Origin: Scyliorhinus canicula
Taxonomy: Eukaryota
Length of the DNA: 64,000 nt
Assembly (NCBI RefSeq): GCF_902713615.1
Contig: NC_052152.1
Location: forward strand, 149,594,815-149,658,814
Direction of reading: 5' to 3'
Below are positions 35,971 through 47,564 of the stretch, piece after piece. Both the position numbers and the translations under genes were made by a program. The notes below the pieces were generated by a model. That model saw nothing but the letters and a program-made list of their open reading frames with translations, searched no databases and was not told where the DNA came from. Every line of letters begins with the position of its first letter. The first letter of the stretch is position 1.

Positions 35971-36515
35971 TCTTGGGGCTTTGATCATCCACAATTACAG
36001 GCAAATCTAATATCTCCCTGTCTATAAACCTTCGGCCAGGTAGTAATTGCTCAGCCATTAGCTGGCTGTGGTTAAACTGTCTAAGATGATGAGTTGCATG
36101 TTTTCAAACTGCTATACATCAAACCAGAAAACAAGATTAATGAATAACATTGATGCCTTTAAAGGAAGCTATGGATAGGAACATGAGAGTGAAAGGGGTA
36201 GATGGTTATACAGAGAGGGTGAGATAAAGTTGGGTGAAATGAGGCAGGATTGGAGCATTAGCACAAATTATTTAGGCTGATTGGTTTGTTTCTGTATTTG
36301 TAAGTCTACATAATAAGATGGAGGAGGAAAATGCAAGGTGGGCTGGTGTGGTGTCTGGTCCCTTTAAGGGGCGATCGGCCTATAGGGTCACATGACCCAG
36401 AAAAACAATCAGGGGATCAGGGTCGGGGTTTGCCCCAGCAAGCTTGGGTTTTTGCCTCAGATTGATTCTGTATGTTGACTGGCAGCCACATAGCAGCAAG
36501 ACTCCGCATGACAGT

Positions 36516-36696
36516 GGGGTGAATTCTCCGGCTGTGAGATTCTCCGTTCCGCTAGCAGTGGACCCCCGTCTGTGGGTATTCCGGTAGAGTGGAGTGGCTA
36601 CAATGGAAAATCCCAGGGGCGGGAATGGAGGATCCTGTTGCCAGTGACAACGCACCGCTGAGAAACACATGGCTGTGGATGTGGAGAATTCACCCC
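36516..36696. mobile_element. Small (181-bp) Harbinger MITE
   Basis: Perfect 14-bp TIR GGGGTGAATTCTCC/GGAGAATTCACCCC; flanks AGT/ATT. Confidence 0.8.
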
Positions 36697-37018
36697 ATTG
36701 TCTTGTAAATGAGCATTAGTTGTTTCATAACTTGCTGGTATCAAAATTGTTACAGCTGGCGTGTCTCTTAATGCAAGGAGTGCTACAAATAAGAAACAGC
36801 GTGTCACATGGTGTCATGCTGTATCACCCATAATGTAGACCTGGCTTAAACATGAACAGGAATAGGAAGTAGACAGTTCCGGCAGCAATGCATTCTGGAA
36901 TTATAGGGAAGGGAACAAGAAAGGGAGTTGCAATATTGATGAAGTATAATGTTTGTAAAGAGGTCCAAAAACTAAATCTATTTGTTTAAAGTTAATGGAG
37001 CAGAGAAAAAGCTTTGAG

Positions 37019-37658
37019 TCTCGGATCCCCCAGGGTCGGAGAATCGCCGGGGGGCGGCGTGAATCCTGCCCCGCCGCTCCGATGCCGGCTGCCGAATTCT
37101 CTGGCGCCGGTTTTTGGGTGGGGTGGGGATCACGCCGCGCCGGTCGGGGCCCTTGGCAGCGGCCCCGGCAATTCTCCGAGCCCCGATGGGCCGCACGGCC
37201 GCCCGTTTTCGGCCAGACCCACTGGCGTGAAATGGTCATGGTCCATGACGGCAGGACCTGGCTTGTAGGCCGGCTAGGTGAGTCCTCGGGGGGACGCGGG
37301 GGGGGGGGGGGGGGGGGGTAGCTGGCACTGGGCGGGGCCCCCATGGTGGCCTGGCCCGTGATCTGCGGGTGGGTCAGTGCTGTGGGGGAATTCTTTCCTT
37401 CCGTGCCAGCCTCTGTAGGGCTCTGTCATGAACCCCTCCCTGCGCATGTGCAGGAACACACCAGTCGGTCTGAACATGCGCAGAACCATGCCGGCGGTTC
37501 TGCACATACACCAACTCGCGCTGGCCCCTCCAGCACCAGCCTCGCCCCCGGAGGTGGGGGGGATTCCACACCTTCCGGTCGGCCTGACGCCGGAGTGGTT
37601 CGCGCCGCTCTTGGTGCTGGCGTCATGCCATCCGGCCGGTTGCGGGAGAATCCCACCC
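37019..37658. mobile_element. GC-rich Harbinger MITE, left TIR damaged
   Basis: Right end GGAGAATCCCACCC; inverted homolog of 34160-34843 and 45024-45757. Confidence 0.8.
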
Positions 37659-37738
37659 GCCACGTATGTTGATCTTAATTGGACAGCGAACACAGAGGCA
37701 GCCAATAAGGAGACTATCCCCAAGAAGGATATGCCTCC

Positions 37739-38122
37739 TGTCATAATATATACCAATATATCATGGTGCAGACACACACTGATAGACACACACAGGGACG
37801 AATCAACATGTATAAACACCGCAGCCAATCACCAGTTAGAATACACACACTATAAAGACAGAGGGCACCACGGTTCCCGCTCATTCTGGGTGCTGCCTCT
37901 GAGTGTAACAGGAACTTATTCAGCCCAGCACAGACTCACAACACGTGCTGAGAGAATCAACTGGTTCGGACAAGGCTTAGGTCTCTAGTTCAAGTTAGCA
38001 TTATTTAGACACACAGTCATCGTGTGTTAGTTAGTTAAAAGTAGTTAATAAAATCGTGTTGAACCTTCATCTGTGTTGGAAGTGTCTGTTCATCTCTCAA
38101 GCCTACACAAGCCAACACGACC
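37739..38122 (+). mobile_element. Solo LTR
   Basis: TGTCATAAT start, 5-bp TSD CCTCC, CCAAT, TATAAAG and AATAAA. Confidence 0.8.
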
Positions 38123-38345
38123 CCTCCTGTTCACTGACACCCCTGGTATCAGGGTTCGACATCAGGTCACAACCCCAACCGGAAACATCAGCCCAAAGAT
38201 AGATCCAAACAGCAATAAACATATCATTTTTGAAAATGAATTCACGGGATGTGGACATTGCTGGCTGGGCCAGCATTTATTGTGAATCCCTCTCAGCCCT
38301 CTATTTCAAAAGGTGCTTAAGAGTCAATCACATTGGTGTGGATCA

Positions 38346-39970
38346 TGTAAGGGCCCTTCCTGTTTATTCTGTAATTTCCCCTTTCTTTTATTTTGCTGTT
38401 GTTATTTTTGATCCATGGGTGATTCATGGACATGTATCTTTAAGTCAAGTAGCAAAGGGAAAGAGGAATTCAGAAGTTACATGAGAGAACACGCTGCTGA
38501 TCTCTGCTAGTTTGAACACAAGTTTCAGACCTTTCAGCACCAGAGAGAGATGGAATGGGACACAATTTGATTGTACTCTGCCGGCTAGCAGGTGATGATT
38601 GTATCCTGTCCCAGTGGAATGCTTTTTAGAGTCTTCGGGAGTTTCAGTTTGAATCCTGAACACTCAGGGGAAGGACCTATTTCTCTTTTTCTCCCTCTCG
38701 CTCTCTCCCTCCATAAAGGTTGAGTGCTGTATTCCTATAGTTGCAGAGAACCTGAACGAATGAATCTACAGGAAAACCATTACAGGCTGCAAACAAAAGA
38801 GCAGAAATGTCTCTCTTTCTCTCTCCAGAAATGCTGTGAGTGCTGTATTCCTGAATCAACAGGGGCCTGAAGGAATCTACAGTAAATCCTCAAACTGAAA
38901 GCAAAGTTTGAAAAGGAGTAAAATGCTGGAAACACCCTTCTGTTTTTCTCTTTTACTGATATTTTTTATCCTGCTGAGGGCAAGATTCTCTGACCCTGGG
39001 TCGGGTTGGAGAATCTCCGGGGGGGAGTGCGATTCACGCGACGTTGGTCCTCCGGTTCTTATGTGACCGGCGAATCCGCTGGCGCAGGCGCGGTCTGTGT
39101 GGCACCAGTCGGGGACTGCTCTATGCGGCCCCCTGCCGATTCTCCGTGCAAGATAGGCTGAGTGGCCGCTGTGATAGGCCGGGTCCCGCTACCGCTGTTC
39201 ACATGTGATCCAACCCGGTGGGACCTCAGCGTCCACTTGCGGGGGACGGCCTGGTGGGGGGGAGTGGGGATCCGACCCCGCGGGGGGCCTCCACTGTGGC
39301 CTGGCCAGCGATCGAGGCCGACCGATCGATGGGCCGGCTTCTCCCGGTGGGGCCTTTTTTACTCCGTGCCGGGCCCCTGTAGCTGTACGCATGTTGCGTT
39401 GGGGCGTGCATGGCGAAGGCAACGAGCGTGCATGCGCGGGTTTGTGCCAGTTGCAGCGCGCATGCACGAGTTTGTGCCGGTCGGAGCGTGCATGCGCAGA
39501 CCCGCTGCGCACGTTTGATGGTGGTATCGGCAGCTGGAGCTGCGTGAGTCATTCAAGTGCCATGCTGGCCCCCTATAGGGTGCAGGATCGCTGATTCTGG
39601 GGGTCTGACGGCGTATACAAAGGCGTCAACACTTAGCCTCAGGATTAGAGAATCCCGCCCTGAGTTTGTCTGTCTTCTCTGTGTGCATGGAGGGTGGGGA
39701 CGGGGGTGTGGAGGGGGGAGTTAAAGAGGGGAATTAGGTATTAGAGAATAGTTAACCAGTTGTATTTATAGTATATTTCATTATAGTTCTTGATATAAAT
39801 AAACAGTCATTGCGTTTAAACTTACAAACCTGGTGACTGTACTTATTGGGAACCTCAGGGCCAAAGACTTTGAATACTTTTCTCAGAATTATTGATGAAT
39901 TCAATTGTGGCACAAATCCAGGTCAAATAGGGCTGGAATTGATCATGACCTAGCCCGGGGTGTCATAACA
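38346..39970 (+). mobile_element. Solo LTR (long type) with a nested MITE
   Basis: TGTAAGG...CATAACA ends; 4-bp TSD ATCA/ATCT; AATAAA at ~39798. Confidence 0.72.
38978..39660. mobile_element. GC-rich Harbinger MITE
   Basis: TIRs GGGCAAGATTCTCT/AGAGAATCCCGCCC; TSD TGA. Confidence 0.85.
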
Positions 39971-40214
39971 ATCTGGAGTTAGGCCAGGTATTGATGACAG
40001 ATTTACTTTCCTAAAGAGCATTACCAATGGGTTTTTGCACCAATTGACGCCAGATGGGTTTTTACTAGAGTCAACTATGGTTTCAGGTCATGGAACTTTT
40101 AATTGCAGATTTTTATTGACTTCAAATGTCACCGTCTACGATGGTGGGATTTGAACACAGGACCCCAGATCTTCCCCTGGGTCCCTGGATTACAACATTT
40201 TAAAAAATGTTTAA

Positions 40215-40610
40215 ATTGGGATGTGGATGTTGCTGGCTGTGCTAGCATTTATTGTTCATCCCTGAAGACATTTAAGAGTCAACCACATTGCTGTGGATCT
40301 TGAGTCACATGGAGTCACATGGATGCCAGGCCAGGCCGGGTAAGGACGAAAGATTTTCTTCCCTAAAGGACATTAGTGAACCAGATGGGATTTTACGACA
40401 ATTTTCAGGGTCACTTTTCAACAATAGATTTTTATTTAGGGGCTTTTCACAGTAACTTCATGCTTGTGATAATAAAAGCTTTGTATTATTATTATTATTA
40501 TTATTGAATTCAAATTTCACCATCTGCTCTGGTGGGATTTGAACTTGGGTCTCCAGAGGAGGACTCAGGGTCTCGAGTGCAGTGATAATACCACTGCACC
40601 ACCACCTCCC
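40215..40610 (-). mobile_element. DeuSINE/SacSINE1-like SINE
   Basis: tRNA-like head (GGTTCAAATCCCACC-like on -), central CCCTAAAGGACATTAGTGAACCAGATGG, tail shared with the LINE at 10530. Confidence 0.7.
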
Positions 40611-40619
40611 CTATAAAGG

Positions 40620-41890
40620 CACCCCTTCAAGGCAATAATTATTTGGAAACAAACTAAATGTAGTCCCATATACAAGAATGATAGGGTATCCAATTCTAGA
40701 GACCCCTGGAAGGCAAAAACATTGGAGGATAAAATAAAACAGAAAAAGGTTTATGATCAAAATCAGGCATGGAATAAAATAGAAAAACAGGCAGAATAGT
40801 ATCAGTTCAGGGGAAATTGTAAAAGTATAGAAGAAAGGCAAAGAGAAAATGTGAAAAAAGATTAGCAAGTGTCATAACAGGGAACCCAAAATATTTTGTA
40901 AATGTATAGAAAAAAGGATTGCTAAAATATTGGTGAAGCTATTTTGGTACAAAGAAGCAACACTGCTTCTGGAGGCATGGCATGATCTCAGTACTGACCA
41001 AATACTTTGCATCTGTCTTCACAAAAGAGGATGAAGTTAATTCTGTTTTTTATCAAGAGGAAGGAGAGATTTAGGTAGAATACAAAATAGCTTTGGGGGA
41101 GAGGTACTAAAGAGATTTGCATCACATAAAATTGCGAAGCCACTTGGTCTAGATGGGAGGGATCCTTGGTTGCTGAGGAAAACAGTGGAGGAAGACACAG
41201 AAACTCTGAACACAATTCTTCATCCCCCCTTAAATTTGAGGCTGGTGCCATGTATGGTTCGACTCATGTTAACTGGAAGCAGAGGGTAGTGATGAACAGA
41301 TGATATTTGACTGGAGAGGTGTAAGCTATGGGGTCCCACCCAGGAGCCACTTTTTTGTGTTATCACCTGAACTTAGAAATAGGGAGAACAATTTAGAAGT
41401 TTGTTGATGATACAAATCTTGACAACATAGTAACTATTGAATGAGTTAGTAGAAGACCTCAGGAAGACATAGGTGGGCGAAATGGGGAGGCTGATGTCAG
41501 ATTGAATATAATGTAGGTTAATGTGAAATGACATACTTTAGGAGAAACAAATGGAAAGGCTGTATTACCTTAATTTGGTGGGGTAGACTTTGACAGTGAC
41601 CCTGGAGTGAATATTTACCAACTTTGAAGGTGTCAGGTCAAGTGAATAAGGCAGTGAAGAAAATGTATGAGATGTTTAGTTTTGCAAATAGAGGCATTAA
41701 ATGCAAAAACAAGGAAGTCATGCAAATTTCTTGTTACAAATCACTGGTCAGTGCTCAGCCAGAGTGTTGTAGGCAATTCAATTCACCACACTATCAGGAA
41801 GAATGTGAGAGGAGGTTTGGCGAATGATAATAGAGACCCTGGAATGTTCCTTCCTCAAGCAGAGCTGTTCAAAATTATGAGTGGTTTCCA
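40620..41890 (+). mobile_element. CR1 LINE, highly degenerate
   Basis: YFASVFTKED, KFVDDTNL, KVSGQVNKAVKK...RGIKCKNKEVM remnants. Confidence 0.7.
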
Positions 41891-41904
41891 TAGATCCCCG
41901 ACAG

Positions 41905-42120
41905 TTCAGAAGGAGGCCATTAAGCTCATCATGTCTGCACTGATCCTCTGAAAGAGCACTCTACCTAGGCACACTCCCGACCCTAGCCCCGTAAAATTAT
42001 CATGTCCAATCCGCCAATCGTGCACATCTTTGGACTGTGGGAGGAAACCGGAGCACCGGAAGGAAACCCACCCAACCACAGGGTGAACATGAAAACTCCA
42101 CACAGACAGTTACCCAAGGC
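41905..42120 (-). mobile_element. HE1-like SINE (long type, headless)
   Basis: Core plus tail. Confidence 0.75.
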
Positions 42121-42374
42121 TCTATTCATGATACAATAGTTGACCAGGATTGGGCTGTAGTTTGCACATCCATAGTTTACGGAGGTATCTTCACATTTAA
42201 AAATGCAGAGATCTTCAAACAAATGCAATTTTCATAACTGGGATGTCCAACACACAACTTGTGGGATTTTGACATTTGAGGAAAATGTCTAAAGCTGCTG
42301 CAGTTATTTGGAGAGGTAGGGTACCCATTTAGAGAGGTCTGGATACGTCTTTTGGAAAGGTACATTATGCATAA

Positions 42375-42675
42375 TAATCTTTATTATTGCCACAAGTAGG
42401 CTTACATTAACACTGCAATGAAGTTACTGTGAAAATCCCCCAGTCGCCACATTCTGGCGCCTGTTCAGGTACACTGAGGGAGAATTCAGAATGTCCAATT
42501 CACCTAACAGCATGTCTGTTGGGATTTGTGGGGAGAAACCAGAGCACCCGGGGGAAATCCACGCAGACACAGGGAGAATGTGCAGGCTCCACACGGACAG
42601 TAACCCAAGCCAGGATTCAAACCTGGGACACTGGTGCTGTGAAGCAACAGTGCTAACTACTGTACTACACTGCCA
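42375..42675 (-). mobile_element. SINE with HE1-like head and core but a different tail
   Basis: HE1 core joined to CAGGCGCCAGAATGTGGCGACT...CAGTAACTTCATT...AAGCCTACTTGTG, the tail of the short SINE family. Confidence 0.8.
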
Positions 42676-42789
42676 ACCATCTGGGAGATGCCTGGTGCCC
42701 TTTGGGATTGTTAAGTGAAAACATAAATATGCATTAAAAGTGGATAGGTGCAGTGGAAAAGGATTATTTTTATAGGAATTGGGCTGCAT

Positions 42790-43682
42790 GTCTTATTCTA
42801 TGACTTAGTTTTATCACATTGGGGTGCCTGTAGGTACAGTTTGATTGACAGCTCCAAGATTTTATAAAACACTCTGGGGCTACCAATACAAATGTTTGTT
42901 TTTATAATGGATTAAGCACTTGACATAAATACTTGTCTTCATAAAGGATCAAGTACTTGAATTAATTTAAATGTATTGAATGGATTTTATGAATGATTGC
43001 TTAACAATGAAGTCTGCAATAGATGCTTCAAAATATATTTTTTTCATCGCACCATATTTTCTGAGGTCTGCCATGCCGGCATTTGGTGAATTTCCATGCA
43101 TAATGGAGGTGCAAAGGGTGGTGGATGTGGGATCGAGGGTTGTCATAATTTGGTATGAAATTGCTCTACGGGCTGTAAAGTCCCTTGTGATGTGGGTAGA
43201 GGGGCAGAAGTTGTCAAGGAGGTTATGAAAGGTCATGGGGTGCCAAGAGAGGCATAGGCTGGTATAAAGGGTATGAGGGAGAGAGGAGGTAAGTGGAGGC
43301 TTGGGTTGGCAAGAGCATAAAGGGTAACCGGAGTGGGAGGAGCATGTATGAAGCATGGGAAGTGAGTGGGATTAAATGGGTGTAAGGGACAAAGGCTAAA
43401 GAGCTGCTTTTTGTTTTCTTGTTTGTATTGTAGCTGTGACTTAGTCCCAGAGCACAGAGGCTGGCCTTTTAACCAGCCTATCTTGGAACCCAAACATGAC
43501 TGCAGCTGCCTCTGTGGTATTTCTGAGAATAGTGCGCTTGACCCCTGTTAACACCCAGCAATGCCCCACCCATCCTGGAAATAATATCCAAAGATCCAGG
43601 GCACTTTCTCCCGAGTTGGGTTTGTGAAGTCAAGAATTTTTCAGACTCTGCAATCGGAACTCAGGAGTGAAAATTCAGCACC
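42790..43682. repeat. Old non-autonomous DNA-transposon-like repeat
   Basis: Ends GTGAAAATTCAGCAC; inverted similarity to 32915-33620. Confidence 0.4.
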
Positions 43683-43820
43683 AAGTGAATCGGAAAATGA
43701 TTGCTTTCCCAAGGGAATGCCCCACCTAGCTGCTTTACTGAGAAATGATGCAAATTGCCACTATTGCAAATTTAATGCCATTGCCACGATCTCCAGATAA
43801 CCATTCTCATTAGAGATGGT

Positions 43821-44833
43821 GGGCGCGATCTGACAGCTGCGTCCTACTGGAATCAGAGTGGAACATGGCTGGTAAATGCTGGTAGAGACCTCCACTGGGT
43901 TCCCGACAACCAGTATGCCTCGCGAGAGCTAACTAGATCTCATGAGGCGCCATGGTCGGTTTTACGTTTAAGAACCCACTTGGCCATGCTGATGCTGGAC
44001 CTAACCAGCTTCCGGCATTTGCTTCTCTTCCCCAAGGAAGTTCCAGCCGAGCTCCAATTCATTCACAAACGTGGACCAGGCTGTATGGCACCTGGGGGGT
44101 CTCCCAGGTGATTGGAGGCCTCTTGGTGGTCACGGACAGGGCAGGTTAGCACACTGGCTCACCTCCTGGCACCCAGGCACCTTGGCACTACCAGGATGGC
44201 ACCTTGGTATTGCCACTCTGATACTACTAGGTTGCACTGCCAGGCTGCCTAGAGCATGGCAAAGGTGGCAGTGCCAGAGTTCCCAGGTGCAAGGATAGCA
44301 CTGCCAAAGATCAGGGCCTGAGGGGTCCATGCCCATGTAAGGAGGGATGGAGGTATGAAGGTTAGTGGGGTGAAGGGGCCTCCAGAAGGTCATGGGGGGG
44401 TTGAAGGGTGGTGGTGGCGCTGAAAGGGGTGGGGCCCAAAAGGGGCAAGGAAAGACCTAAAAAGAGCAACCCCTCAATGACCCCATTGCGAGGTGTCCTC
44501 ACTTGCGAGTGTGGGGTAATGCTCAAGTGTGCAGGCAGTAACGTTGCCTGTGGGTGGAGGGTGTGGGGCACCCTCAGGTTCACTTAGAGATCGGGGCACT
44601 CTTTCAAAATGGTTGTCTGATCTCTGAGGGGCTGGTCTGGCCAGTGAGTTCATCTCCCCAGTGATGAAAAAAATTTAAATGTGGGTTAGCCTGGAGAGAA
44701 ACTCCTCAGGGCCCCAAACAAAATGACTAAATGTGGTTAGATAGTGGTGGGCAACACACTGAGAGAGTGGGTGGAACTTCCAGTCGAACTGGCCTGGAAT
44801 AATACTGAGAAACTTTCCTGTTAAATCGTGCCC
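43821..44833. mobile_element. Harbinger-type MITE (~1 kb)
   Basis: TIRs GGGCGCGATCTGAC / GTTAAATCGTGCCC. Confidence 0.78.
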
Positions 44834-45023
44834 TGAATATTTTCAATTGAAGCAAACTTTACTTTCCCAGCACAAGGGAACTTTCGCCCAGTACACGGAA
44901 CATTTCCCAAGACTTAATTATGTAGAAATATAATGCTCAGAATCCTGTTACCTTATTAAGGTTGTTGTTCTATTTTCTTTTTCATCAATTATTGTGATAG
45001 GAAATGGGCATACCTGTCTTCTG

Positions 45024-45757
45024 AGGCGGGATTCTCCTGTGCGGGGACCAAGTCCCCACGTTGGCGGGAAAACCGGTGCAAACCACTCCGGCGCCAAAAG
45101 CCCACAAAAGTGCAGAATTATCAGCACTTCCGGGGGCTAGGTGGACGGCGGAGGGGTTGGCGCTGCACCAGCCGGTGGTGAAGGGACTGCATGAGTTAGC
45201 CCATGCACCAGAGGGCCGGCGTGATCTCGCGCATGCGCAGAGCCACCGGCATGGTTCCGCGCATGCGCAGACCGGCCGGCATATTCTGGCACTTGCGCAG
45301 AGGGTTGTCTTCTCTGAGCCGAGCCATGGCAGAGTCCTACAGGGGCCGGCGCGGAAGGAAGGAGTGCCCCCACAGCACAGGCCCGCCCGCAGTTCGGTAG
45401 GCCCCGATCGTGGGCCAGGCCACCGTGGGAGCGTCCCTGGGATCAGATCCCGCCATGCCCCCCTGAGGACCACACCAGTCGACTTACCTGCCAGGTCCCG
45501 CCATGTGGGACTATGTCAAATCCATGCCGGCGGGATTGGCCAGAAACGGACGGCCGCCCAGCCTATCGGGCCTGGAAAATTACCGGGGGACCGCTGCCAA
45601 CGGCCCCCAACCAGCTTGGCGTGAACACCGACCCCACCCAAAAACTGGCACCGGAGAATACGGCAGCAAGCGTTGGGCTGTCGGGGTGGGATTCTAGCCG
45701 CCCCCCCCCCCCCCCCGGAAATTCTCCGATCCGGCGGGGGATCAGAGAATCCCGCCC
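45024..45757. mobile_element. GC-rich Harbinger MITE
   Basis: TIRs AGGCGGGATTCTC/GAGAATCCCGCCC; TSD CTG. Confidence 0.87.
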
Positions 45758-45878
45758 CTGATGTTAATGCTTTTATTATATGATGCTGATCCAGCCATGA
45801 TAATCCAGAAATTACCATTTTAATACAAGGTTAGAAAGTCACCCTCCATTAATTTTCAGTCACTCCAATGAAGACAAG

Positions 45879-46548
45879 GGCCGGGATTCTCCCCTACTTG
45901 GCGGGGCGGGGGATCCGGTTGGGATGGAGTGGCTTGAACCACTCCGGCGCCGGGCCTCCCCAAAGGTGCGGAATTCTCCGCACCTTTAGGGACTAGGCCC
46001 ACACCGGATTGGTTTCCGCTCCGCCAGCTGGTGCGAGCGGCCTTTGTTGTCCCGGTCGGCGGAAGTCCGTGCATGAGCCGGAGCGTCAGCAGCTGCTGGC
46101 GTCATACCGACGCATGCGCAGGGGAGAGGGTCTCTTCTACTCCCACCATGGTGAAGGCCATGGTGGGCACGGAAGAAAAAGAGTGCCCCCACGGCACAGG
46201 CCCGCCCGCCGATCGGTGGGCCCCGATCGCGGGCCAGGCCACCGTGGGGGCACCCCCCGGGGTCAGATTGCCTCGCGCCCCCCCCCAGGACCTCGGAGCC
46301 CGCCCGTGCCACCAATCCCGCCGGTACCAGAGGTGGTTTAAACTACGCTGGCGAGAAAGGCCTGTCAGCGGTGGGACTTCGGCCCATTGCGGGCCGGAGA
46401 ATCGCCGCGGGGGGCCCGCTGACCAGCGCGGCGCGATTCCCGCCTCTGCCGAATCTTGGGGGGCGGAGAATTCGGGACACGGCAGGGGCGGGATTGACGC
46501 CGGCCCTGGGCGATTCTCCGACCCCTGGGGAGTCGGAGAATTCCGCCC
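45879..46548. mobile_element. GC-rich Harbinger MITE (same subfamily as 34160-34843)
   Basis: TIRs GGCCGGGATTCTCC/GGAGAATTCCGCCC; colinear with 34160-34843. Confidence 0.87.
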
Positions 46549-46565
46549 AGCTTTCCAAAGACATG

Positions 46566-47214
46566 AGGCGATATTCTCCAGTGGCCGACGCTGAAGTTGC
46601 GTTTGGCGATCGGCCAGAGAATCACAGTTCCCGACCAATCAGGGATCACGTGCTTTCGCCCCTCCAAAGCGGCGTACTCAGTGAGTACGTCATGCGACGT
46701 ATTGATGGCCTCAGGACATTGTCTGAGGCCCACTCCCCTGATGCTCCGCCCCCGACCAGCCGAGTTCCCGACGTCGTTGGTCGCGTGTGGTCTCTTCCGT
46801 CGGGAACTCGGCGTGGTGGCTGCGAACTCAGTTCAGTGCTGCAACAGTCGGGGAGGGCTGATCCTCGGGCAGGGGGGATCTTTTTTAGGGACTGAGGTCA
46901 CTGTGGGGGGGGGGGGGGGGGGGGGGGGGTCCGGAGGGCGCCAAATGAGGAGCACTATTTTGCTTGCCAGATCCGCAAGTGGCCGCCATTATGTAGCAGG
47001 GCGTGGCTGTTGGAGGCGCCATCATGCGCATGTGCATCCATGGATCTGGCAATTCTCCAGGCCATATCGCAGCTGGGTGCTCTACGCTGCCAGCATGCCA
47101 GCCCCCAGCAAAACGTGGAACCAGTGGCCGTTTTATGCCATCTTTTCTGGCATAAAACTGCACCGTTCCCACACCGGCGTGGGGACATAGACCCAGAATC
47201 GGCGAATATAGCCC
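46566..47214. mobile_element. GC-rich Harbinger MITE
   Basis: Degenerate TIRs AGGCGATATTCTCC / GGCGAATATAGCCC; right end (GGCGTGGGGACATAG) resembles 8757-8775. Confidence 0.72.
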
Positions 47215-47564
47215 AAATTTTAAACACACTAGCCTTTATCAAGTATCAAACATTGGATGTATTAGTCACTCAAAGTATCACAACGCCATCTGCACCGGCT
47301 GGAGTTTCACAGGATTTTGAATTGATGTATCTTTCATTCGGTAAGGGAATAAAGAAATATAAAACAAAGCTTGGTAGTGCTGAAGAGGGAAAGAACAATC
47401 AAAGTCAAACCAGAAGTCAGAACCGGCTTCAGATGTTGAACGTTTTACTCTTGTTCCTCTGACCCTTAAGATCTGGACTGTGCCTTTCTCTGCCTAGTAT
47501 AAACAGTGCCGTAACTCAAAGCTTACAACCTGTGAACACATTTGTCCTTTAGAATATGAGAAGT

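Larger units (their letters stand above)
38240..40195 (-). mobile_element. DeuSINE/SacSINE1-like SINE split by an LTR (halves ~38240-38345 and ~39971-40195)
   Basis: TTAAGAGTCAA.CACATTG.TGTGGATC|TGGAG... continues across the insertion; an intact sibling is at 40215-40610. Confidence 0.65.

Noticed and set aside
46905-46929. Long poly-G runs (also 37298-37318, 4566-4579) as G-quadruplex elements
   Set aside because: Variable-length homopolymers inside MITEs, prone to slippage or sequencing error; no independent support for function.
3967-47462. Many overlapping 100-280 aa Pro/Gly/Arg-rich ORFs (e.g. 3967-4464, 7896-8726, 45061-45624, 46031-47190)
   Set aside because: They coincide with GC-rich MITEs, where stop codons are rare; they occur in all frames and show no protein motifs.
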